Part shown: piece after piece, positions 1-9,017 of the stretch | How the letters are laid out: every line of letters begins with the position of its first letter | How positions within the stretch are numbered: the stretch's first letter is position 1 | Translations under genes and position numbers: made by a program | Assembly: GCF_003019035.1 (NCBI RefSeq) | Contig: NZ_CP027447.1 | Reading direction: 5' to 3' (one strand) | Length of the DNA: 64,000 nucleotides | Source of the DNA: Escherichia coli | GTDB taxonomy: Bacteria > Pseudomonadota > Gammaproteobacteria > Enterobacterales > Enterobacteriaceae | The notes under the pieces: generated by a model | The model's database searches: none | Seen by the model: the letters and a program-made list of their open reading frames with translations, nothing else | Told to the model about the DNA's origin: nothing

Positions 1-1395
1 AACCAGCGTGTCATCGAGGGAGAAAAGCAGCGTTTTGTTTTGCATCGCCAGCGACACGCGGAAAAAATAATCCGACATTAATTGATCGGGTTGCGCCGCC
101 TGCGCTTTCGGATACTGGCCGTATCGGGAACTCACTTCGCGACGCCAGATTTGCGCTTCGCCCTGCTGAGTCCGGTTTACCGGCAAAACACCTTCTGGCG
201 CTTTGCTTTCGTGCGCACCAATATTTTGCGTAAACAGTTTTCCTGGCAATTGCACTTGTTCGGCAGAACCATCAAACTGACCGACAAACAGCGGAGTTTG
301 CAATTTTGAATCTTCATACCAGCACAGCCCCGCGCCACCGTCTAACGCCCCGTTGAGCTTGTCGTTTTCCTGGCTGATGTGGGAAAGCATCTCTTCAGCA
401 ATACCATGTGAATAAGGCACCGCCACACAGAAGCTGGCCCCTGCAGGCATACTGTTCCATACCGGCGTAAAATCGAAACTGGCATCTACGCTTGCGGATT
501 CATCATTTAACGCTAGAAAACTGTGCCAGCCGTCGTTGCTCATTTCGAAGCGTACGCCAGCAAAAGAAGGCATTAATCGCTGGTAGCCAAACCCCAGCAA
601 CCTGGCGCTGACCACGATGCGCTGGCGTACTGGCGTTTTTTCAGCAGCACGCTCTTCCAGGCCAAAGCTGGCTTGCCAGCGTTTTTTACCGCTCAACAAA
701 TCACTTGCGATCGCCGTGGCTTCGGTATCCTGCTGATCATCTTTAAACAGCATATCCGTGCTGGAAAATACCAGCATCTTGTCCTGATAAGTTGCGAACA
801 TCAGGGCGTTATTGCCGTTATAGCGCAACTGATAAACCGGGATGGTTTCACTATTTAGCTTAATACTACTGATTTCCGTTTTACTTAACTGGCTGTCGCT
901 GGTAGCGGCAAACAGCAATGGCTCCAGCAGCTTGCTTAAACCACTGCGCTGGATCAGCACCATATAATGAGAAAGATGGCCTTGTTTATCGTGCCATAGC
1001 GCCGCCTGCGCGGGCTGATCTAAGAGTGACGAAAAGAGCTTATCTTTTAGTGTGAGATCGTGTTCGTAGACAATGCGGCGAATGCTGCCTTCAATGCCCA
1101 GACGATCGGCATGATTCTGATAATAGAAAACGAAATCTTCACTCAGAACATCGTGGAGAAACGGAATGGTAAGGAGGTCTTTGGGAAGCTGGCTCAGAGA
1201 GTCGCTGTCGAGAAAGAGGTCCGGCTCATTGAGATCGATTTGCAGATTGTTGTGCACCACCAGCGGCGACAACGTTTTTTCTGGCCCACTGCCAGCATAT
1301 TGCAACGCCCAGACGCCAGCGGAAAGCAGTACTATTGCGCCCAAACCTACAAGACCATAGAACCGCCAGCCTTTCGCCTTTTTTTCACCACTCAT
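1..1395 (-). CDS. yfaA: DUF2138-family protein YfaA-like; N-terminal ~465 codons, 3' end lies beyond window start
   Basis: Minus-strand frame opens at ATG 1393-1395 (MSGEKKAKGWRFYGLVGLGAIVLLSAGVWALQYAGSGPEKTLSPL) with AAGGA Shine-Dalgarno upstream. The ORF track shows no minus-strand ORF closing in 1-1400, consistent with a frame running off the window edge. Identity is from recollection of YfaA and its position next to gyrA. Confidence 0.6.
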   Translation of the reverse strand, partial: MSGEKKAKGWRFYGLVGLGAIVLLSAGVWALQYAGSGPEKTLSPLVVHNNLQIDLNEPDLFLDSDSLSQLPKDLLTIPFLHDVLSEDFVFYYQNHADRLGIEGSIRRIVYEHDLTLKDKLFSSLLDQPAQAALWHDKQGHLSHYMVLIQRSGLSKLLEPLLFAATSDSQLSKTEISSIKLNSETIPVYQLRYNGNNALMFATYQDKMLVFSSTDMLFKDDQQDTEATAIASDLLSGKKRWQASFGLEERAAEKTPVRQRIVVSARLLGFGYQRLMPSFAGVRFEMSNDGWHSFLALNDESASVDASFDFTPVWNSMPAGASFCVAVPYSHGIAEEMLSHISQENDKLNGALDGGAGLCWYEDSKLQTPLFVGQFDGSAEQVQLPGKLFTQNIGAHESKAPEGVLPVNRTQQGEAQIWRREVSSRYGQYPKAQAAQPDQLMSDYFFRVSLAMQNKTLLFSLDDTLV

Positions 1396-1543
1396 TGCCA
1401 CATTCCTTGTGTAAAGCCAGCCATTTTTTACGAGCACAGCAAAACTTTACCGCGCCCTAATACGACAAAAGCCCAGACTTTGCAGCCTGGACTTTTCAAT
1501 TCAAACAAGGGAGATATCTCCCTTTTGGCATGAAGACGTAAAA

Positions 1544-4171
1544 TTATTCTTCTTCTGGCTCGTCGTCAACGTCCACTTCCGGAGCGATTTCATCGTCCCC
1601 TTCCGCGGCACTGCCGTCGATGGTATCCAGATCTTCCTCGTCAACCGGTTCAGCAACACGTTGCAGACCCACTACGTTTTCATCTTCCGCAGTACGGATG
1701 AGGATCACACCCTGGGTGTTACGGCCCACGATGCTGATTTCTGAAACGCGAGTACGTACCAGCGTACCGGCATCGGTGATCATCATGATCTGGTCGCAGT
1801 CATCTACCTGCACTGCGCCAACCACTAAACCGTTACGTTCGGTAACCTTGATGGAAATAACCCCTTTCGTCGCACGCGACTTGGTTGGGTATTCCGCCAC
1901 TGCGGTACGTTTACCATAACCGTTCTGCGTTGCGGTGAGGATTGCGCCATCACCACGAGGTACGATCAGAGAGACGACTTTATCGCCTTCGCCTAAACGA
2001 ATACCGCGAACACCGGTGGTGTTGCAGCCCATCGCACGGACAGAAGACTCTTTAAAGCGCACCACTTTACCTTCAGCGGAGAACAGCATTACTTCATCTT
2101 CGCCACTGGTCAGGTCAACGCCGATCAGCTCATCGCCTTCAACCAGTTTGATCGCCACTTTACCGGCAGTACGCAGACGGTTGAATTCGGTGAGGACGGT
2201 TTTCTTCACAGTTCCGTTAGCGGTCGCCATGAAGACTTTCACGCCTTCTTCAAACTCGGTCACTGGCAGGATCGCAGTGATACGTTCGTCTTGCTCCAGC
2301 GGCAGCAGGTTGACGATCGGACGACCGCGCGCGCCACGAGTAGCTTCTGGCAACTGGTAGACCTTCATCGAATAGACGCGACCACGGCTGGAGAAGCACA
2401 GAATATGGTCGTGGGTATTCGCCACCAGCAGTCGGTCGATAAAGTCTTCTTCTTTAATACGTGCGGCAGATTTACCTTTACCGCCACGACGCTGCGCTTC
2501 GTATTCAGAAAGCGGCTGATACTTCACGTAGCCCTGGTGAGAGAGCGTCACGACCACATCTTCCTGGGTGATCAGATCTTCCAGGTTGATGTCTGCGCTG
2601 TTGGCGGTGATTTCAGTACGACGTTTGTCACCGAACTGTTCACGAACCAGCTCCAGCTCTTCGCGGATCACTTCCATCAGACGATCGGCGCTACCAAGAA
2701 TACGCAACAGTTCCGCGATCTGATCCAGCAGCTCTTTGTATTCGTCGAGCAGTTTTTCGTGCTCAAGGCCGGTCAGTTTCTGCAGACGCAGATCCAGAAT
2801 CGCCTGAGCTTGCTGTTCGGTCAGGTAGTACAGACCATCGCGCACGCCGAACTCTGGCTCCAGCCATTCCGGACGCGCAGCATCGTCGCCAGCACGTTCC
2901 AGCATCGCGGCAACGTTGCCCAGCTGCCACGGATTAGCAACCAGCGCGGTTTTCGCTTCTGCAGGCGTCGGCGCATGACGGATCAGTTCGATGATCGGGT
3001 CAATGTTCGCCAGCGCCACGGCTAATGCTTCAAGGATATGAGCACGATCGCGAGCTTTACGCAGTTCGAAAATAGTACGACGGGTCACCACTTCACGGCG
3101 GTGACGAACAAACGCCGCGATGATGTCTTTCAGGTTCATGATCTTCGGCTGACCATGGTGCAATGCCACCATGTTAATACCGAAAGAAACCTGCAACTGG
3201 GTCTGGGAGTAGAGGTTGTTGAGCACCACTTCACCGACCGCATCGCGTTTCACTTCAATCACGATGCGCATACCGTCTTTGTCAGACTCGTCACGCAGCG
3301 CGCTGATACCTTCCACGCGTTTTTCTTTTACCAGTTCCGCAATCTTCTCGATCAGGCGCGCTTTGTTCACCTGATACGGAATTTCATGGACGATAATGGT
3401 TTCACGTCCGGTTTTGGCGTCAACTTCCACTTCAGCACGGGCGCGGATATATACCTTGCCGCGACCGGTACGGTAAGCTTCTTCAATACCGCGACGACCA
3501 TTAATGATTGCCGCCGTCGGGAAGTCCGGCCCAGGAATGTGTTCCATCAGCCCTTCAATGCTGATGTCTTCATCATCGATATACGCCAGACAACCGTTGA
3601 TAACTTCCGTCAGGTTGTGCGGCGGGATGTTGGTTGCCATACCTACGGCGATACCGGAGGAACCGTTCACCAGCAGGTTAGGAATTTTGGTTGGCATGAC
3701 GTCCGGAATTTTTTCCGTGCCGTCATAGTTATCAACGAAATCGACCGTCTCTTTTTCGAGATCGGCCATCAGTTCATGGGCAATTTTCGCCAGACGGATT
3801 TCCGTATAACGCATTGCCGCCGCAGAGTCGCCGTCGATGGAACCGAAGTTACCCTGACCGTCTACCAGCATGTAACGCAGCGAGAATGGCTGCGCCATAC
3901 GGACGATCGTGTCATAAACCGCCGAGTCACCATGGGGATGGTATTTACCGATTACGTCACCAACGACACGGGCAGATTTTTTATAGGCTTTGTTCCAGTC
4001 ATTGCCTAGTACGTTCATGGCGTAAAGTACGCGACGGTGTACCGGCTTCAGGCCATCTCGGACATCCGGCAGCGCACGGCCAACAATGACCGACATCGCA
4101 TAATCCAGATAGGAGCTCTTCAGCTCTTCCTCAATGTTGACCGGTGTAATTTCTCTCGCAAGGTCGCTCAT
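1544..4171 (-). CDS. gyrA: DNA gyrase subunit A
   Basis: 875-aa ORF with the canonical E. coli GyrA sequence ([47 protein letters not shown]; active-site region; acidic C-terminal tail). QRDR reads [11 protein letters not shown], i.e. Ser83 and Asp87. Confidence 0.97.
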   Translation of the reverse strand: MSDLAREITPVNIEEELKSSYLDYAMSVIVGRALPDVRDGLKPVHRRVLYAMNVLGNDWNKAYKKSARVVGDVIGKYHPHGDSAVYDTIVRMAQPFSLRYMLVDGQGNFGSIDGDSAAAMRYTEIRLAKIAHELMADLEKETVDFVDNYDGTEKIPDVMPTKIPNLLVNGSSGIAVGMATNIPPHNLTEVINGCLAYIDDEDISIEGLMEHIPGPDFPTAAIINGRRGIEEAYRTGRGKVYIRARAEVEVDAKTGRETIIVHEIPYQVNKARLIEKIAELVKEKRVEGISALRDESDKDGMRIVIEVKRDAVGEVVLNNLYSQTQLQVSFGINMVALHHGQPKIMNLKDIIAAFVRHRREVVTRRTIFELRKARDRAHILEALAVALANIDPIIELIRHAPTPAEAKTALVANPWQLGNVAAMLERAGDDAARPEWLEPEFGVRDGLYYLTEQQAQAILDLRLQKLTGLEHEKLLDEYKELLDQIAELLRILGSADRLMEVIREELELVREQFGDKRRTEITANSADINLEDLITQEDVVVTLSHQGYVKYQPLSEYEAQRRGGKGKSAARIKEEDFIDRLLVANTHDHILCFSSRGRVYSMKVYQLPEATRGARGRPIVNLLPLEQDERITAILPVTEFEEGVKVFMATANGTVKKTVLTEFNRLRTAGKVAIKLVEGDELIGVDLTSGEDEVMLFSAEGKVVRFKESSVRAMGCNTTGVRGIRLGEGDKVVSLIVPRGDGAILTATQNGYGKRTAVAEYPTKSRATKGVISIKVTERNGLVVGAVQVDDCDQIMMITDAGTLVRTRVSEISIVGRNTQGVILIRTAEDENVVGLQRVAEPVDEEDLDTIDGSAAEGDDEIAPEVDVDDEPEEE

Positions 4172-4384
4172 CTAACCGCTATCCCTCTACTGTATCCCGG
4201 ATTCAAAGGTCGGAGATTATAACACAATCGCTTGCGGACGGGTAAACGTAATGCAGGCTTCCGGGCGCTGTAGATCTACTGCGTTTTACCCCACCGCCAG
4301 CACACATCGCGCTGGCGGTGAACGACAAAGGAACAAAGACCGCAACACGCTTCCTGTGCCTCAATAAACACCAGAAATAATGGC

Positions 4385-4548
4385 TATACTCGTCATACTT
4401 CAAGTTGCATGTGCTGCGTCTGCGGGTTATTCGGCCCATCCATGGGCCTCACCCCTTACGGGGCCGCTGCAAGCAGCGTTCAAATCCGCTCCATGCGGAT
4501 TTGTCGCTCACCCCAGTCACTTACTTATGTAAGCTCCTTGGGATTCAC
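4385..4548. repeat. ERIC (enterobacterial repetitive intergenic consensus / IRU) element
   Basis: Both classic ERIC ends are present: actcgtcatacttcaagttgcatgtgctgcg at the left, and cgctcaccccagtcacttacttatgtaagctccttgggattcac at the right. The right end contains the complements of the standard ERIC2 and ERIC1R primer sequences. It is intergenic, between the gyrA promoter region and the island. Confidence 0.8.
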
Positions 4549-4599
4549 TCGCTTGTCGCCTTCCTGCAACTCGAATTATTTAGAGTATATAAATCGCCG

Positions 4600-5802
4600 T
4601 TATTTGATCACATAGGCAAGATATTGTTGTACGATTTCATCGTTTAATTCCTGACCAAGCCCAGGCAACTCTGGCGCGACATAATAGCCATTCTCGGGTT
4701 GATAATCGTAAGTACAAAGTTCCCGAATACATGCTTTCATCGCATTGGTATGATGTTCATGAATAATAAAGTTAGGTATTGCAGTTTCCATATGCAGCGC
4801 CGCTACTGTTGAAACAGGCCCGCCACAAACATGTACCTGAACGGTTGTGTCATATATATTGGCATAATCACAAATTTTCTTTCCCTCTGTAATGCCACCA
4901 CAAAGACACAAATCAGGTTGAGCTACCGCAATTGATTGTTTTTCCAGTAAATCACGATATCCCCAGCGAGTATAAGAACGCTCACCTGTTGCTATCGGAA
5001 TCGATGTTGAACGGGCAACTTTCTGCATATTATCCGAATTTAATGGATGAATTGGCTCCTCATAGAGAAAAATACGATATTTCTCTATTGCTTTGGCAAA
5101 CTGGATCGCTGAATTTGTTCCTAGAAGAGAATGAATCTCTACAATAATATCAGCATCGTCGCCCATTGCTTCACGCATAGCGGCAATTCTTGTCTCGCCC
5201 ATTTTTAATTGTTCGGCCAGTAATAAGCCAGAGTAATTTCTATTTTTGTTCTGAAAGACACAATCGCCGCCATGCAGATCGATTTCAAGCGGATCAACTT
5301 TTATCGCATTATAACCTTCTGCAATAGCGGCACGCGCTGCCTCTGCATACTCTTCAGGCGTTACTAATATTTGCCTTTTTTCGCCCCAACCAAATTGTAA
5401 CTGACTGGCGTAAGTTCTCAATTTATCGTTAGTCTTTCCCCCCAGTAGTTGATAAACCGGCACGTTTAAATATTTACCTTTAATATCCCATAAGGCAATA
5501 TCAATAGCGCTCATACCTGCGTAAAAAACATTACCACCGCCCATTCCCCAAAATGTTTTCCTGAAGAGGAATTCCCAAATCTTCTCAATGTTCAACGGAT
5601 CTTCACCAATGATGAGAGGGGCTAAATCTCTGATAATACCAACACCAGATTTTGCACCTGCGCCATAGGCTAATCCTACTTCGCCAACACCACTTATTCC
5701 AGCATCGGTATTAACCCGAATAAGTACTGGATTATAAGAGGCCATAGTTTGATCTCTTTTTTTGAGTTCGCAGTCAAAAATTTCTACAGATGTAATCTTC
5801 AT
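4600..5802 (-). CDS. Enolase-superfamily acid-sugar dehydratase (mandelate racemase/muconate lactonizing enzyme fold; D-galactonate/D-mannonate dehydratase-like)
   Basis: ORF 4600-5814; preferred start is the second ATG at 5802 (MKITSVEIF...), which has a GAGG Shine-Dalgarno 6 nt upstream. Motifs such as AIDIALWDIKGKYLNVPVYQLLGG and GERSYTRWGYRDLLEKQSIAVAQPDLCLCGGITEGKKI resemble DgoD/RspA/RhmD-type dehydratases. Substrate cannot be assigned. Confidence 0.8.
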   Translation of the reverse strand: MKITSVEIFDCELKKRDQTMASYNPVLIRVNTDAGISGVGEVGLAYGAGAKSGVGIIRDLAPLIIGEDPLNIEKIWEFLFRKTFWGMGGGNVFYAGMSAIDIALWDIKGKYLNVPVYQLLGGKTNDKLRTYASQLQFGWGEKRQILVTPEEYAEAARAAIAEGYNAIKVDPLEIDLHGGDCVFQNKNRNYSGLLLAEQLKMGETRIAAMREAMGDDADIIVEIHSLLGTNSAIQFAKAIEKYRIFLYEEPIHPLNSDNMQKVARSTSIPIATGERSYTRWGYRDLLEKQSIAVAQPDLCLCGGITEGKKICDYANIYDTTVQVHVCGGPVSTVAALHMETAIPNFIIHEHHTNAMKACIRELCTYDYQPENGYYVAPELPGLGQELNDEIVQQYLAYVIK

Positions 5803-5814
5803 AAATAACCTCAT

Positions 5815-7143
5815 TTATTTAGCATGTGAAATAACATTGTCTTTCTGGGCGTTATCTTTTTTATTATCAATTTTCATTGATAACAAAATAGCTACGGCGA
5901 TAAAGCAAAGAATCGCCTCAACAATAAATATCCCCGTGGCTCCATAATGTGTAGAAACATAGCCAAGTGATTTATTGATCAGAAAACCACCCAAACTTGA
6001 ACAAGAGTTAATAAACGCAATACTGATTGCCAGGCCTGATGGTGAAAGTAAAGCTGAGGGTAAAGCCCAGTACGGACCGTAATAACTGAGAATGCCTACA
6101 CCGTATAATGTTAATCCCATCATGCGCAGCGTCATCGAAGGTACAAGTGCGATCATTAAAAAACCGCAACCTGCAACCAACATCGGTAGTGCGGCATGCC
6201 ATTTCCTTTCATTCTTTTTATCGGAATGCCATCCCCATAATGGCATACTGAACATCGCGAAAATAAACGGAATACTCATAATCAAACCGACATCGGTATC
6301 TGTGAAATCCGATGAAAATCCTTTAACCAACCCCGGTAACCAGTAATTTGCCGCCAACGCCGCTGCCTGAATAAACATATAAGCAAATGAGAGTTGTAGT
6401 AATACTGGATTTTTAATGATTGACAGAAAAGATGCATTTGTATTTTTATTTAATGCTGCGGCTTTTTCGTTATCAGAATTAAGTTTATCGACCAATGCGG
6501 TGACTTGCGATGGTGTAAGCCAGCGGGCTTTTTCCGGACGATCTGGCAGTAAATAAAAGGTCAGCGCCCCCAATAACACCGTAGGAATGCCTTCAATAGC
6601 AAAAAGCCAGCGCCATCCTTCATAGTTACCGGTATTCATATGTTCAATAATCCAACCAGACATTGGTGCCGCCAGCACAGATGCAACTGCGATTGATAAC
6701 ATAAAAAAGCTATTCACTTTTCCACGTTCACGCGCCGGGAACCAACATGCCAGGTAGTAAACCATGCCAGGGAAAAAACCCGCTTCAAATATTCCCAAAA
6801 AGACCCGAGCGAGCAATATATGCTGGGTGTCTTTGGCAAAGAAAATTAACGTTGTTACTGTTCCCCAACCAACAATAATGGCGCTAATCCATTTTCTTGC
6901 ACCTAACTTTTGCAATCCAATACTGCTCGGAATTTGAAAAATCAAATAGGACACAAAAAATATTGAAGATATATTAGCAAAATCCTCTGGAGTAATACCA
7001 AGGGATTCATTCATGCGTAAAGCGGCAAATCCGATGTTAACACGATCCATATAGTTAAAAAAATACAGAATAAATGCTAACGGAATAATCTTCCTTTTCA
7101 CAATAGAAATGGCGTCATACAAATCTTTCTGAGGACTGCTCAT
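5815..7143 (-). CDS. MFS transporter, anion:cation symporter (ACS) family, putative sugar-acid permease
   Basis: 442-aa ORF with good SD (AAAGGTGA). Hydrophobic multi-helix protein with ACS signature regions ([33 protein letters not shown]) paralogous to RhmT in this window. Its stop abuts the dehydratase start. Confidence 0.85.
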   Translation of the reverse strand: MSSPQKDLYDAISIVKRKIIPLAFILYFFNYMDRVNIGFAALRMNESLGITPEDFANISSIFFVSYLIFQIPSSIGLQKLGARKWISAIIVGWGTVTTLIFFAKDTQHILLARVFLGIFEAGFFPGMVYYLACWFPARERGKVNSFFMLSIAVASVLAAPMSGWIIEHMNTGNYEGWRWLFAIEGIPTVLLGALTFYLLPDRPEKARWLTPSQVTALVDKLNSDNEKAAALNKNTNASFLSIIKNPVLLQLSFAYMFIQAAALAANYWLPGLVKGFSSDFTDTDVGLIMSIPFIFAMFSMPLWGWHSDKKNERKWHAALPMLVAGCGFLMIALVPSMTLRMMGLTLYGVGILSYYGPYWALPSALLSPSGLAISIAFINSCSSLGGFLINKSLGYVSTHYGATGIFIVEAILCFIAVAILLSMKIDNKKDNAQKDNVISHAK

Positions 7144-7233
7144 TTTGTTTCACCTTTTGTGCTTCAATGAATAAGAGTACTGCCCGAAGTGGATATTACG
7201 TAAAAAATAATCCAGTTCAAAAGGTGATGTGTT

Positions 7234-7249
7234 ATATCTGATATATCAG
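7234..7249. promoter_or_regulatory. Candidate operator 1 in the divergent MFS/GntR promoter region; contains the perfect 12-bp palindrome CTGATATATCAG
   Basis: atatctgatatat at 7234-7246, with the palindrome ctgatatatcag at 7238-7249. The same 13-mer recurs at 7304-7316. Located between divergent genes, one of which is a GntR regulator. Confidence 0.5.
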
Positions 7250-7303
7250 CTTGATCATTGATTGAAACACTAAGCTACAACAATAAGATATATCATTTTT
7301 GTC

Positions 7304-7316
7304 ATATCTGATATAT
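7304..7316. promoter_or_regulatory. Candidate operator 2 (second copy of ATATCTGATATAT)
   Basis: Exact 13-bp direct repeat of the 7234-7246 motif, 70 bp downstream and about 65 bp upstream of the GntR start codon. Confidence 0.45.
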
Positions 7317-7380
7317 TAGACACCTTCATTGATAAAATGATTACATATAATGGACCAGCAGCTTAATAAGGGGCAAAGGA

Positions 7381-8079
7381 ATGAGAGATAAAGCGAAACG
7401 TGACTTAAGTCACATATCAATTGAGATACCAAAATCCGTAACACAGGTCATCAAAGAAAAAATCAGGGATATGATAATTCATGGCGATCTCAGTCTTGGG
7501 CAACCGATAAGTGAAAATGAACTTTCGAATATCCTGGCGGTAAGTAAAACACCTATTCGTGAAGCTTTTATTTTACTTAGTCACAATGAAAATCTGATCA
7601 ATATCATTCCACGCAGCGGAACATTCGTTTTTTCCGTAACAGATAAAGATATTAATGACCTCATAAAAATGCGAGTAATTCTGGAGCAGGGTGCAATTCG
7701 TGAAGCAATGGAAAAGAATGAAAACAATGTCATCATTGAATTAAGTAGCATACTATCAAAATCAGCAAAAATTAATGCCGAGCGTGATACTCAGGCTTAT
7801 CTTAAATTGGATCATGATTTTCATTATGTGTTTGTTAAATACGCTGCTAATAAATACATCTCTCAGGCACACCAATTGATATCCGCACGTTTACTTGCTA
7901 TTCGTTATCGACTGGATTTCACTACGGAATATATTACCAATTCAAATCGTGGCCATGCCACTATTTTAGATATGCTAAAAAATAATAACGTTGAAGGTGT
8001 TTGTAATTTTATTACTCATCACGTAAGTAGTGGATTTACCGAGCGTGCACGAAAAATTCTCTCGTTATCTACACAGTAA
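7381..8079 (+). CDS. GntR-family (FadR/FCD-type) transcriptional regulator
   Basis: 232-aa ORF with an N-terminal winged-HTH pattern (LSLGQPISENELSNILAVSKTPIREAF) and a helical C-terminal ligand-binding-like domain. Divergent to the transporter-dehydratase pair; AGGGG SD 8 nt upstream. Confidence 0.8.
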   Translation: MRDKAKRDLSHISIEIPKSVTQVIKEKIRDMIIHGDLSLGQPISENELSNILAVSKTPIREAFILLSHNENLINIIPRSGTFVFSVTDKDINDLIKMRVILEQGAIREAMEKNENNVIIELSSILSKSAKINAERDTQAYLKLDHDFHYVFVKYAANKYISQAHQLISARLLAIRYRLDFTTEYITNSNRGHATILDMLKNNNVEGVCNFITHHVSSGFTERARKILSLSTQ

Positions 8080-8156
8080 AATGTGAATGAGTTTATAACA
8101 CTGGCACTTTTCACCTGCTATACTGCCCGACAACCTTTATAGACTCTTATGTAACA

Positions 8157-8879
8157 ATGAACACTGAAAATCTCCTTAAAAACAATAACGTAGACCACGA
8201 AGAGATCGCTAAATTTGAAGCCGTCGCCTCCCGCTGGTGGGATCTTGAAGGTGAGTTCAAACCGCTGCACCGCATTAACCCGCTGCGTCTGGGCTATATT
8301 GCCGAGCGTGCTGGCGGTTTATTTGGCAAAAAGGTGCTCGATGTCGGTTGTGGCGGCGGCATTCTGGCCGAGAGTATGGCGCGCGAAGGCGCGACGGTGA
8401 CCGGTCTGGATATGGGCTTTGAGCCATTGCAGGTGGCAAAGTTGCACGCGCTGGAAAGTGGCATTCAGGTAGAGTACGTGCAGGAAACCGTGGAAGAGCA
8501 CGCGGCAAAACATGCCGGGCAGTATGACGTGGTGACCTGCATGGAGATGCTGGAGCACGTGCCCGATCCGCAGTCAGTGGTCAGAGCCTGTGCGCAACTG
8601 GTGAAACCGGGCGGCGATGTCTTTTTCTCGACGCTTAACCGCAACGGCAAGTCATGGCTGATGGCGGTAGTCGGCGCAGAATATATTTTGCGCATGGTGC
8701 CTAAAGGTACACATGATGTGAAGAAGTTTATTAAACCGGCAGAATTGCTGGGCTGGGTGGATCAGACAAGCCTTAAAGAGCGGCATATGACTGGGCTGCA
8801 TTACAACCCGATCACTAATTCCTTTAAGCTCGGCCCCGGCGTGGATGTGAACTATATGCTGCATACGCAGAATAAGTGA
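8157..8879 (+). CDS. ubiG: Bifunctional 3-demethylubiquinone-9 3-O-methyltransferase / 2-polyprenyl-6-hydroxyphenol methylase
   Basis: 240-aa ORF with SAM-binding motif [13 protein letters not shown] and an otherwise UbiG-typical sequence ([46 protein letters not shown]). Confidence 0.95.
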   Translation: MNTENLLKNNNVDHEEIAKFEAVASRWWDLEGEFKPLHRINPLRLGYIAERAGGLFGKKVLDVGCGGGILAESMAREGATVTGLDMGFEPLQVAKLHALESGIQVEYVQETVEEHAAKHAGQYDVVTCMEMLEHVPDPQSVVRACAQLVKPGGDVFFSTLNRNGKSWLMAVVGAEYILRMVPKGTHDVKKFIKPAELLGWVDQTSLKERHMTGLHYNPITNSFKLGPGVDVNYMLHTQNK

Positions 8880-8914
8880 GGTTGTTGTTTGGATTCAGCC
8901 GACGACCGAGCCAA

Positions 8915-8996
8915 GCCTGATGCGACGCTTGCCGCGTCTTATCAGGCCTACAAATGCTCCCGTAGGCCAGATAAGGCGTTTACGCCGCATCCGGCA
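8915..8996. repeat. REP/BIME element (two inverted REP units)
   Basis: gcctgatgcgacgcttgccgcgtcttatcaggcctac followed by the inverted unit gtaggccagataaggcgtttacgccgcatccggca, lying between convergent ubiG and yfaL. Confidence 0.8.
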
Positions 8997-9017
8997 ACAG
9001 TGCCGGTCAGACAGCGA

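Noticed and set aside
3038-4009. 323-aa plus-strand ORF (and others at 1620-3025) antisense to gyrA
   Set aside because: Shadow ORFs inside gyrA; translations are low complexity with no family resemblance.
4478-4487. tRNA T-arm-like motif GTTCAAATCC near the gyrA upstream region, suggesting a tRNA or tmRNA fragment
   Set aside because: The motif lies inside the ERIC element. No acceptor stem, anticodon arm or CCA end can be built around it, so it is not a tRNA gene or a recognisable tRNA-derived attachment site.
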